Assembly: GCA_963664405.1 (NCBI GenBank)
Contig: OY761158.1
Location: 224,001-288,000, forward strand
Length of the DNA: 64,000 nt
Direction: 5' to 3'
Origin: Thermoanaerobaculia bacterium
GTDB lineage: Bacteria > Acidobacteriota > Thermoanaerobaculia > Multivoradales > Multivoraceae
Part shown: positions 20,234-28,606 of the stretch, in pieces
Layout: each line of letters opens with the position of its first letter
How positions within the stretch are numbered: position 1 is the first letter of the stretch
Translations under genes and position numbers: made by a program
The notes under the pieces: generated by a model
Database searches by the model: none
What the model was told of the DNA's origin: nothing
Seen by the model: the letters and a program-made list of their open reading frames with translations, nothing else

Positions 20234-21007
20234 TTGGCACCAACGACAGACATCGAGAAGGGAGCCGGGAAGCTGCTGTTGCAGTTTTCCGATCGCGAGG
20301 AGATCGACGCATTCTTCCTCAAAGCCAGCGAGGACCAGGCCTTTTTTCTCGACCTCGACGAAGAACCCGACCAGTTCCAAAGCTTTCGTTGTACCGCAAT
20401 CGGGCCCGGCGGGTTCCACTTCGGCTTCGATGCCGAGGTCATCCAAATCTTTCCCAGCCCCAACGGAGCCGGGGCGACGTTCGAGCTTCGTAAATGGAGC
20501 GAAGGAAACCTCAAAGAAATCGAGCGCCGCCTGGGCACCGGCAGCGACGAGGAAGAGGAAGACAAGAGACATCCATCGGACGTCTCGCCGATTCATCGGC
20601 TGCGCAAGATGAATCCCAACCAGCGCTTCCGACTGGCGATGAAAGCTAGCCGAGTCGAGCGGGGCATCCTGGTGCGGGACACCAATCCAGAGGTGCTCGC
20701 CGGCCTTCTTTCCCACCCACGGATCGAAGAGAAGGAGATCCACGAGATCCTCACGTCACCGTACGCCTCGGGAGCTATCTTCAAACGCGTGGCAGACAAC
20801 CGTAAGTGGATGCACAACGCCGACATTCGCTTGGCGGTGGTGAAGAGCCCGAAGACTCCCATGCCGCTCGCGATCAAGCACCTGGCAACCCTACGCACCA
20901 GCGAGCTCAGGGTTCTTGCCAAGATGGGCAACGCTCGCGAGGCGTTGCGAAAAGAGGCGTTGAAGATCTATCTGAAGCGCACCGGCGGTATGGGCCGGGG
21001 CATGTGA
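20234..21007 (+). CDS. Conserved hypothetical protein with helical-repeat C-terminal domain; start uncertain
   Basis: C-terminal RFRLAMKASRVERGILVRDTNPEVLAGLLSHPRI...IRLAVVKSPKTP region recalled from Myxococcota/Acidobacteriota proteins. The N-terminus is weakly PilZ-like. Confidence 0.65.
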   Translation: MAPTTDIEKGAGKLLLQFSDREEIDAFFLKASEDQAFFLDLDEEPDQFQSFRCTAIGPGGFHFGFDAEVIQIFPSPNGAGATFELRKWSEGNLKEIERRLGTGSDEEEEDKRHPSDVSPIHRLRKMNPNQRFRLAMKASRVERGILVRDTNPEVLAGLLSHPRIEEKEIHEILTSPYASGAIFKRVADNRKWMHNADIRLAVVKSPKTPMPLAIKHLATLRTSELRVLAKMGNAREALRKEALKIYLKRTGGMGRGM

Positions 21008-21029
21008 CCTTGGCGCCTCACGAGCGAGC

Positions 21030-24000
21030 TCAGTCGCCCTTGAGAGCCGGCAGGAGAGGCGCCGCGAGCGCCTGACGGACCGCGGCGCTCGACGCCAGGA
21101 GGCCCAAGGCCACGATCACCAGCAGGGTGAGCAGAAGCGAGCCCCAAGGCACGAGCGCATTACCGGCCACAAGATGGGGAGACACGGCAAGAAGCGCCGC
21201 GAGTGAGCCAATCAACACCCCGAAGACCAGCAGCACCGCGTTCTCCGCAACAACCAGCCATGCCAAGCCGCGACGATGAAAGCCGAGGGCGCGCAAGGTA
21301 GCGAGCTCGCCACGGCGCTCGAGCACGTTTCTCAGCAGAACGGCCGCCAAGCCGACGGTGCCGAGAAGAAGTCCGAGCCCCCCCAGGGTCTGAAACGTCG
21401 CCAGATAGGTATTGAAGACGGCCTGATACCGCTGCAGCTTCTCCGCCGTCGGAGTGACATCGAAGCCGTAGGCGCTCAAGGATCCTTCGAGGAGACCGGC
21501 AAGCTCGTCCTCCCTCCCCGCAGGAGGATCCATCAAGAAATAGGAGTGCCCGGTGCGACTCGGAAAGTGTCGCTTGAAGTTCTCCTCGGAGATCAGCATC
21601 TCGCTCTGAAAAAGGCTCTTCTCGAGGAGGCCGACGAGACGGATGCGGACCGGCTCTCCCCGATCATTCTCGACGATCAACTCCTCGCCCAAGCCGAGCT
21701 TCAAGATCCAGGTCATCGACTCGAAGTCTCCGAAGGCCGGAACGACGTCGGCGCTCTCCGCTGTCAGCAGCGACCACGGATCTTCGCTTTCCTCGATCAA
21801 CTGCTGGAAACGAAACCCACCTCGGTCGATCTGCTCTTCGGGAACACCAAGGATCCGGGGACTCTCCGGCTGATAGAGGTTGAGACAACTCACATCATCG
21901 CCCGGGAGTAGACGGAAGGCCGTAACGGCGGTGCTCGCCAGAAGATCTCGGGTTGCCGCCGACAAACCGAGCTCGAAGCCGGCATCCGCAGCCATGAGAT
22001 CCTGGTGCAGCGGAATGGCCGCTTCCGCCACCAGTGTGTACCCCCCGGCAGCGGAGCTCAGCTCCCCCACCTCCTCGCCGTAGCGAAATCCGTTGGCCGC
22101 CACCGCAACGATGACAAAGGCGGCCGAGCTCACCAACGCCGCCGAGAGCAAGCTGCGCCCTGGGCTCGCGGCCGCGTTCCGTGCAGCCATCGACAGATAG
22201 GCTTGGTGATCGGGGCGCAAGGTCCGGCGAGGCCTGGCCAGCTGCAACGAGAACACCGCCAGCCCGGCGACTAGGAGGCAGCTGCCGGCGCCAAAAAAGA
22301 GCGCAGGGGACGAGCCCTCGCCGAAAGCCACGCCGGTCGCCACCAAGCCCACGCCAGCGACCGTGGCTACGACAAACACCCAGCGCGCTCTACTGCCCGA
22401 CTCTCTTACCCCGCGAGGGGCGCGCGTCACTCCTCGGAGCAGTCCGATCAGGCTGAGCTTGGCCAACCGCCGCAGCGACAACGAGATCGACAGGAGAATC
22501 ACTAGAAAAGCGATCACCCCTCCGACCATCAAGCTCAGACTCTCGACATGGAGAGACAGATAGGGAGTGCCCACCGCTGCCCGCCACAAGCTTCGCAGAG
22601 CCGCCATCATCGCGGCCCCATAGAAGACAGCACCGACACTCCCGGCCAGAACTCCCACCAATGCCAAGGTGGCACCCTCGGCGAGAAACCTTCTGCGTAC
22701 CGACTTGAGGGCAAAGCCCATTGCCAGCAGTAAACCGATCTCTTGTGCTCTTCGCTCGACACCGAGAGTAAAGAAGAGGGAGACCAAGAGCGCCGCCGAC
22801 ACGATCAGGAACATGCTGAAGCCAAGAAACAATCCGCGGAAGTCGGTCGCGCCCGAAGCGGCCGCGAGGCCCCGCTCTCTCACGCCCTCGAAACGGAGAC
22901 CCAAACGACTCGGCTCGACTCCACTTGGAAGGCCCCTGCGCACACTCTCAGCCAGGGCGGACACTCCCTCTGAGCCAAGTGCCGCCTGCTCAGAAGCGGG
23001 TGAAAGCCGAATCCCGGTGAAGCGCCCGAAACGTGTAGACCAGAGCTCCGCACCTGTCGCTTCGGCGAAAAAGACCTTCGGTGTAGCTCCGTAGAGGTCC
23101 CAATACTCCTCGTCGCGGGTGCGAATCTTTTCGAGGTCCACAGGAAAGGGCGGCGCCCAATCGGCCATATTGTCGGCGTCGTGAATCCCCGGAAAATCAG
23201 GTGTCAGGCGACGGTCCGCCCACAACCCCGCCAGTGCGACGACTCCGCGTACGCGAAAGCTCCGGCTCCGCGTAATCAGCTCTTCCTTCGCACCTACCTC
23301 GAAGTAGGTCATTGCCAATTCGTCGCCTGCGCCCGCCTGAAGATCCTCTGCCAGCCACTCGTTGATGAGTACTTCGTATGCCGCCAACGCCGGCGCCGCT
23401 CCACCGTCGATCAGGGAAAGAGGGCCAAAGGGCGCAGCGACCGCGGTGTCAAAGGCAGTGATCGCCGAGTAGGGAACCGTTGTGCCGCCGACCTGGAGCT
23501 CGTTGGCGATATAGGTGGAGATGCGAAGCGAGGGCGCTCCGATGCGAGCGGCAAACGCTATGACCTCTTCCGCGAGAGGCGGTGAGAAAATATGGTCCCG
23601 GCTCTCCAATCCGACGAAACCGGCACCTTCGCTCAGCTCGAGGCCGAGATCCTCGAGTGCGAGAACCTTCTGCAACCCTGCTTCCAGATCTACAGGGTCT
23701 GCAGGATCGCTCTGTCCACTCGACAACTGCAGAAGGAGCGCGTTCACTCGACCCGGCTGATCCAAGGCCGCCTGCAGGACCTCGAGATCGACGAATGCCA
23801 CCAGAGGGAGGCTCTGGTCGGGCTGAAGGCTGAAGCGCCCCAGCCCGGTGTCGGGCAAGACTCCTGACAAGGTCAATCGCAGCTCGCGCACGACATCGCC
23901 GGTCTCGCCCGAGCCCAGAAGTGTCTCGCGGGGGGCTTGGCCCGGGCGCGCCAGAGACAGCAAAAGCGAATCTCCGATCTCGGCACCGAGCTCACGCTGC

Positions 24001-24413
24001 AGCGCCTGATTCACAACCACTTTCGGCGCACCGGATGGGCTCGCTGCCAGATCGAGAGGCGCTCCGGGATAAAGGGCGACAAAATCGCTGTCGACGCCTT
24101 GAATACCCACGCCGGAAGCGCGTGCGCCGCTGACTGCGTGGCGAGCGCCGCCCGCAAGAATGATCGCCGCGCTCGCCCGCTCGACCGCATCGCCGAGCTC
24201 GGCCTCCAACAGTGGAGCGAGCTCGGCGCGGACGAAGATCGGGCTCTGCAAGGCGTAGTCGATGAGGCCGAGTCTCTCGACAGTGAGATCGTGCAGGCTT
24301 CCCCTCACCGAGTCGCCAACGATCAGGGCTCCGGTCAGAACCGCGGTCGCGACCGCGCAGGAAAGGATGACCGCAAGATTCTGCCGCCAGTAGTAGCTCA
24401 GGCCTCGGAGCAC
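21030..24413 (-). CDS. Large FtsX/MacB-type ABC transporter permease (duplicated)
   Basis: 1127 aa with two FtsX motifs (RRAQEIGLLLAMGF and ERRGELATLRALGF) and large periplasmic domains. Confidence 0.9.
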   Translation of the reverse strand: MLRGLSYYWRQNLAVILSCAVATAVLTGALIVGDSVRGSLHDLTVERLGLIDYALQSPIFVRAELAPLLEAELGDAVERASAAIILAGGARHAVSGARASGVGIQGVDSDFVALYPGAPLDLAASPSGAPKVVVNQALQRELGAEIGDSLLLSLARPGQAPRETLLGSGETGDVVRELRLTLSGVLPDTGLGRFSLQPDQSLPLVAFVDLEVLQAALDQPGRVNALLLQLSSGQSDPADPVDLEAGLQKVLALEDLGLELSEGAGFVGLESRDHIFSPPLAEEVIAFAARIGAPSLRISTYIANELQVGGTTVPYSAITAFDTAVAAPFGPLSLIDGGAAPALAAYEVLINEWLAEDLQAGAGDELAMTYFEVGAKEELITRSRSFRVRGVVALAGLWADRRLTPDFPGIHDADNMADWAPPFPVDLEKIRTRDEEYWDLYGATPKVFFAEATGAELWSTRFGRFTGIRLSPASEQAALGSEGVSALAESVRRGLPSGVEPSRLGLRFEGVRERGLAAASGATDFRGLFLGFSMFLIVSAALLVSLFFTLGVERRAQEIGLLLAMGFALKSVRRRFLAEGATLALVGVLAGSVGAVFYGAAMMAALRSLWRAAVGTPYLSLHVESLSLMVGGVIAFLVILLSISLSLRRLAKLSLIGLLRGVTRAPRGVRESGSRARWVFVVATVAGVGLVATGVAFGEGSSPALFFGAGSCLLVAGLAVFSLQLARPRRTLRPDHQAYLSMAARNAAASPGRSLLSAALVSSAAFVIVAVAANGFRYGEEVGELSSAAGGYTLVAEAAIPLHQDLMAADAGFELGLSAATRDLLASTAVTAFRLLPGDDVSCLNLYQPESPRILGVPEEQIDRGGFRFQQLIEESEDPWSLLTAESADVVPAFGDFESMTWILKLGLGEELIVENDRGEPVRIRLVGLLEKSLFQSEMLISEENFKRHFPSRTGHSYFLMDPPAGREDELAGLLEGSLSAYGFDVTPTAEKLQRYQAVFNTYLATFQTLGGLGLLLGTVGLAAVLLRNVLERRGELATLRALGFHRRGLAWLVVAENAVLLVFGVLIGSLAALLAVSPHLVAGNALVPWGSLLLTLLVIVALGLLASSAAVRQALAAPLLPALKGD

Positions 24414-25087
24414 AGCCCCTCCCGCAGCTCGCAGCGGCGAGGAAAGCGATCGGCAAGCTCTAGGCTGTGAGTTACGGCAATGAGAATATTTTGGAAGCGC
24501 TCATGAAGCTCGAAGAGCAGAGCGGCAACCGAGCGTGCCGTCGTCTGATCGAGATTGCCGGTCGGTTCATCGCAGAGGAGAAGGACCGGAGACAGGACCA
24601 GCGCCCGGGCGACCGCAACTCGCTGCGCCTCACCACCCGAGAGCTCTGCCGGGCGATGATCCAGCCGTCCCTCGAGTCCCACTCGTTGGAGCAGATCTCG
24701 GGCGCGGTCCTCGGCCCCAGCGCCTCCGGCGCCCGGAACCAAGGACGGTAGCAAGACATTCTCTAGCACCGTGTACTGCGGGAGAAGATGATGATCTTGA
24801 AAAATGAAGCCCACATTGCGATTGCGAAAGGCCGCCAGCTCCGGCTCGGGTAGCTCGTGAGGGCACTCCCCTCCCAGCTCGATGCGGCCCGAGGAAGGGC
24901 GATCCAAAGTCCCGATCAGATGGAGAAGCGTACTCTTCCCCGAGCCGGAAGGCCCGGTCACAGCCATCGACTCGCCCTGGCTCATCTCCAGGGAGATCCC
25001 TTTGAGCACCTCCAGGCTGTTCTTGCCCGAGTCGAAGCGCTTACGTACGTCGACGAGCGTCAGAGCTCTCGAATCGGGGGTCGCCAT
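24398..25087 (-). CDS. ABC transporter ATP-binding protein (LolD/MacB-like)
   Basis: GPSGSGKST, LSGGEAQRV, CDEPTGNLD. Confidence 0.93.
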   Translation of the reverse strand: MATPDSRALTLVDVRKRFDSGKNSLEVLKGISLEMSQGESMAVTGPSGSGKSTLLHLIGTLDRPSSGRIELGGECPHELPEPELAAFRNRNVGFIFQDHHLLPQYTVLENVLLPSLVPGAGGAGAEDRARDLLQRVGLEGRLDHRPAELSGGEAQRVAVARALVLSPVLLLCDEPTGNLDQTTARSVAALLFELHERFQNILIAVTHSLELADRFPRRCELREGLCSEA

Positions 25088-25524
25088 TTCGCTCTCTCCT
25101 CGGCCGGCGCCTCGGTGATCCGGGCGGCCAGCTGTTCGGGAATGTCGGTAGACTCGAGACTTCCATCGCTGCTCAAGATACAACAAACCGAAGAGCTCTG
25201 GCCGCGGGCCACCTGCCGGCCGCGATGCTGGAACTCGCAGCCGTAGGTCAGAGACCTTCGACCCTTGCGAAGCACCAGGAGACGGATATCGAGCTCATCC
25301 TCGAAGTGAACCGGGGCGACGAACTCACAGCCCACCGCGAGCCGTGGCCAGCCCAATCGCTGCCCATCCTCCCTTAGGGCAACACTCGACCCCCGGTCGG
25401 CGAGAAAGCGATGCTCGGCAGTCTCCATGAAGATGAAGAAGCGCGAGAAGTGGATGAGCCCTTCCATATCCGTATCGGAGAACTCGATGGCTCTGCTGGT
25501 CCGGTACTCGAAAACTGGCTTCAT
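25060..25524 (-). CDS. Acyl-CoA thioesterase (4HBT/YbgC hotdog fold)
   Basis: FSDTDMEGLIHFSRFFIFMETAEH. Confidence 0.88.
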   Translation of the reverse strand: MKPVFEYRTSRAIEFSDTDMEGLIHFSRFFIFMETAEHRFLADRGSSVALREDGQRLGWPRLAVGCEFVAPVHFEDELDIRLLVLRKGRRSLTYGCEFQHRGRQVARGQSSSVCCILSSDGSLESTDIPEQLAARITEAPAEERAKWRPPIREL

Positions 25525-26858
25525 GATGTGGAGAGGCTCGCCCCTCTCTGTCCTCCGTCGGAAAGTAGCTCTTGGTAGATCGTTTCGGTTCGCGCTGCCA
25601 GGGCGTCGGCGGTGAACTTTTCTCGAACGGTATCCTGCCCACGGCGACCCAGAACCTCGCGCCTTTCCGGGTCCAAGAGGAGAGTCTCCAGCCCGTCAGC
25701 TAGCGCCTCGTGAGAGCCAGGCTCGACCAGCAAGCCGCCTCCGAGATCTTCGATCAATTCAGGGAAGGCGCCGTGAGCCGGCAGCACCACCGGCACCGCA
25801 TTGGCGAGGGCTTCCAACACGAACAGACCCTTTGGCTCCTCGTAGACCGTGGGGACCGAGAGGACGTCGAGGCCGCCGAGAAAGGCGATCTTCTCCGAGC
25901 GGCTCACCTCCCCAAGGTACTCGAAGCGATTCTCCAGCCCCCACTCGCTGACTCGTCTCAATTGCTCCTTCAAGTACTTGCGATCCCGCCCCCCGAGATA
26001 CCCCGCAACGCGCAGCCGGAGGTCCGCCTCCGGAGCTCTCTCGCACAGAATCCGAAAGGCCGAGAGAAGGTCGTGAAGCCCCTTCTCGGGACAGATACGG
26101 GCGAGGAACCCAACCACGAGAGGAGCTCCCGATGGCCGTGGCCGAAGCGGCCGATTGTCACTGCCGTGGCCATCGAGATTGATGCCGATCCGAGCTACCG
26201 AAATCTGCTCGAGAGGAACGTCCAGATACTCGGCCATATGCCTGGCATAGTAGTCGCTCGTCGACACCAGCCGATCCACCTCGCGCGCTCGCTGCTGGAG
26301 AATTTGATGAGCCCGCTCCCTATACTCCGGTTGGAGATCTTGTAGAAAGATGTCCTCACCCTGGAGGCTGCACACCACCGGCACTCCCAAGCGGCTCTTC
26401 AAACGAGGTGCCATACCCAGCAGCATCGAGTTGGTGAGATGGACGATCTCGGGCTGAAATTCCGTCGCCAGCCAATCCTCGAGCTCCTGCAGATCACGAG
26501 CCTGGCGGCCCTCTTCGCCTTTCAGCATCGAAACGGTCAGCTCGCCGAGAGACTTGGCGTTAACGGCGCTCGAAGAGGCGGCGATACGACGAAGCAAAGA
26601 GGGACGAGCCAGCCACCCGTGGGCCGCCTGCGGCAGATAGCGAAACCAGGGGACCTTCTGCTCCAGATAGATGCTGATGGCGCCATAGAACACCTTGGTG
26701 CTTGCGACACTCTCCTCGTCGGTGCGCAGCGGGGTGTAGATCGGCATCAGCAGCGCGTCGTGCCCCCTCTTCTGCAGGGCGCCGGCCAGCGCGTTGTCCT
26801 GTATGCAGCTGCCGCAGACCATACTGCCGGCGCCGGCGGTGATATAGGCGATCTTCAC
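25521..26858 (-). CDS. Glycosyltransferase family 4 with N-terminal CxxC
   Basis: KIAYITAGAGSMVCGSC, RICPEKG, EPKGLFVLEALANAVPV (EX7E). Confidence 0.88.
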   Translation of the reverse strand: MKIAYITAGAGSMVCGSCIQDNALAGALQKRGHDALLMPIYTPLRTDEESVASTKVFYGAISIYLEQKVPWFRYLPQAAHGWLARPSLLRRIAASSSAVNAKSLGELTVSMLKGEEGRQARDLQELEDWLATEFQPEIVHLTNSMLLGMAPRLKSRLGVPVVCSLQGEDIFLQDLQPEYRERAHQILQQRAREVDRLVSTSDYYARHMAEYLDVPLEQISVARIGINLDGHGSDNRPLRPRPSGAPLVVGFLARICPEKGLHDLLSAFRILCERAPEADLRLRVAGYLGGRDRKYLKEQLRRVSEWGLENRFEYLGEVSRSEKIAFLGGLDVLSVPTVYEEPKGLFVLEALANAVPVVLPAHGAFPELIEDLGGGLLVEPGSHEALADGLETLLLDPERREVLGRRGQDTVREKFTADALAARTETIYQELLSDGGQRGASLSTS

Positions 26859-26974
26859 GGTCCGACACACTTGGGGGCTTGCACTGGGCGGCCTGCAAAA
26901 GCGGCGAAGGAGTACATCACGAGACCGAAGATACTACGCCGCCTGAAGGTTCGGCACGCGCTCCCCGTCGTCGA

Positions 26975-27376
26975 CTACCCTGGCAAGAGATCGAAGCCCT
27001 GCCGCGCGAAGTCTTCGTCCAGGGCCAGGGCCTCGCGGAGCCCATTGCGCCGCATCAGCTCGAAGCTGGTGCAGTCGACAAACGAGAGCCGGCGGCGAGC
27101 GGCTACGAAGAGAGCCGCGACGGCGGCCGAGTGCAGCTCCTCGTCGATCCAGAGGGGCGTCATCAATGGGACGAGAACATTAGCAAGACCGCGCAGAGCG
27201 TCCAGGCCGAGTCGTCGCTGCACCAGGGCGAAAGTCTCCACCAGCACGTAGTTGGAAGTGAACATCACTCTCTCCTCGGCGATCGCGAGATCCCAGGCCA
27301 TGACGACCTCGGAGTGTCTGGGTTGGTCGGCGTCGAGGAAGGCGAGCACGGCCGATGTATCGACGAAGAGGCTCAC
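26975..27376 (-). CDS. vapC: VapC-family PIN-domain toxin
   Basis: LFVDTSA, TSNYVLVET, LSFVDCTSF, LALDEDF. Confidence 0.92.
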   Translation of the reverse strand: MSLFVDTSAVLAFLDADQPRHSEVVMAWDLAIAEERVMFTSNYVLVETFALVQRRLGLDALRGLANVLVPLMTPLWIDEELHSAAVAALFVAARRRLSFVDCTSFELMRRNGLREALALDEDFARQGFDLLPG

Positions 27377-27621
27377 GAGTCGAAAGCCTGATCCAGAAAG
27401 CGATCGTGCTCTTCCGCGAGGGCGCCTTCTCCCGATCGGAAGGCACCGGCCAACTCTCGAGCTCGACGCGTCAGTTCGCCTCGATCAAAGGTTCGCTGTC
27501 GCGCCAAGTACTCGGTCACGCTCTCGCGGACCACGTCGGCCATCGAACGATCCACTTGGCGAGCATGCTCTTTGAGTGCCCGCGCCTGTTCTTCGGTCAG
27601 CTGGATCTGGGTTCGAATCAT
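27373..27621 (-). CDS. vapB: Ribbon-helix-helix (CopG-type) antitoxin
   Basis: MIRTQIQLTEEQ...SMADVVRESV...HDRFL; 4-nt overlap with vapC. Confidence 0.88.
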   Translation of the reverse strand: MIRTQIQLTEEQARALKEHARQVDRSMADVVRESVTEYLARQRTFDRGELTRRARELAGAFRSGEGALAEEHDRFLDQAFDS

Positions 27622-27632
27622 GCAGTCATGAT
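27617..27632. promoter_or_regulatory. Putative antitoxin operator overlapping the start codon
   Basis: Palindrome ATCATG-CAGT-CATGAT, with a further CATGATATCA just upstream of the gene. Confidence 0.5.
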
Positions 27633-27748
27633 AACAGTTTCAGGTGCATGATATCACTCAATTTCCGTCGAATGAGCGCGATCGGCCCGCCCGACGCCCC
27701 ACCACCACATTCGGCTGGCACCTCTACGGCTACGGCCGGCTACGGCCG

Positions 27749-27766
27749 GCCTGCCGGCCGGCAGGC
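27749..27766. repeat. REP-like 18-bp perfect palindrome
   Basis: GCCTGCCGGCCGGCAGGC, preceded by tandem CTACGGCCGG units. Confidence 0.55.
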
Positions 27767-27865
27767 GCCGGCCTTCTAATGTGTGGCACCTTCATTGGGG
27801 GCTGGCCGACAGGAAGTGAGTGGCAGTAAGATCGACATGCCTCGTATTCAGGGAGGTCTGACATC

Positions 27866-28573
27866 GTGATTACGCTTTACACCTTCGGTTCCAACTTCGG
27901 CCTGCCCGATCCCAGTCCCTTCTGCATGAAGGCGCTGGCACTCTTGAATATGTCGGGCCTCGACTACGAGACCGCACCCTGTGATCCGCGCAAGGCCCCC
28001 AAGGGGAAGGGTCCCTGGATGGACGACAATGGCACCGTCGTCCCCGACTCGACATTCATTCGCTGGCACCTCGAAGAGCATCACGGTGTCGACTTCGACG
28101 GTGCTCTGAGCGAAGAGCAGAAGAGCATGGCTTGGGCCCTCGAGAAGATGTGCGAAGACCATCTCTACTGGGCGATGGTGTATGAACGCTGGATCCTCGA
28201 CGAGAACTTCGACAAGGGGCCGCGCTCGTTCTTCGACATCGTTCCGGCACCGTTCCGCCCCTTGGTGGTGGCGAAAATCCGCCGCGACATCAGACGCGAC
28301 TTACACGGACAAGGTCTAGGGCGACATACCCACAACGAGATTCAGCGCCTCGCCATACGTGACCTCGACGTGCTCTCGAACTTCCTCGGTGACAAGCCCT
28401 ATCTGATGGGCGACTCGCCGTGCGGCGCGGATGCTGCCATCCACGGCGTCGTCAGCAGCATGCTTTGCGAGCTGTTCCAGACGCCGGTGCAGGCGGCCGC
28501 GGCGGCGCGGCCCAACCTGGTGGCGTTTCGAGATCGAGGGCTGGTCAAGTGGTTCCCGGGCTTCCCAGCCTAG
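27866..28573 (+). CDS. Glutathione S-transferase-like protein, metaxin/Tom37/FAX type
   Basis: GLPDPSPFCMK, APKGKGPWMDDNG, DSTFI, LGDKPYLMGDSPCGADA. Confidence 0.9.
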   Translation: MITLYTFGSNFGLPDPSPFCMKALALLNMSGLDYETAPCDPRKAPKGKGPWMDDNGTVVPDSTFIRWHLEEHHGVDFDGALSEEQKSMAWALEKMCEDHLYWAMVYERWILDENFDKGPRSFFDIVPAPFRPLVVAKIRRDIRRDLHGQGLGRHTHNEIQRLAIRDLDVLSNFLGDKPYLMGDSPCGADAAIHGVVSSMLCELFQTPVQAAAAARPNLVAFRDRGLVKWFPGFPA

Positions 28574-28606
28574 AGGGCTGGAGTCGCGGACTGAGCTCGC
28601 TCCGTC

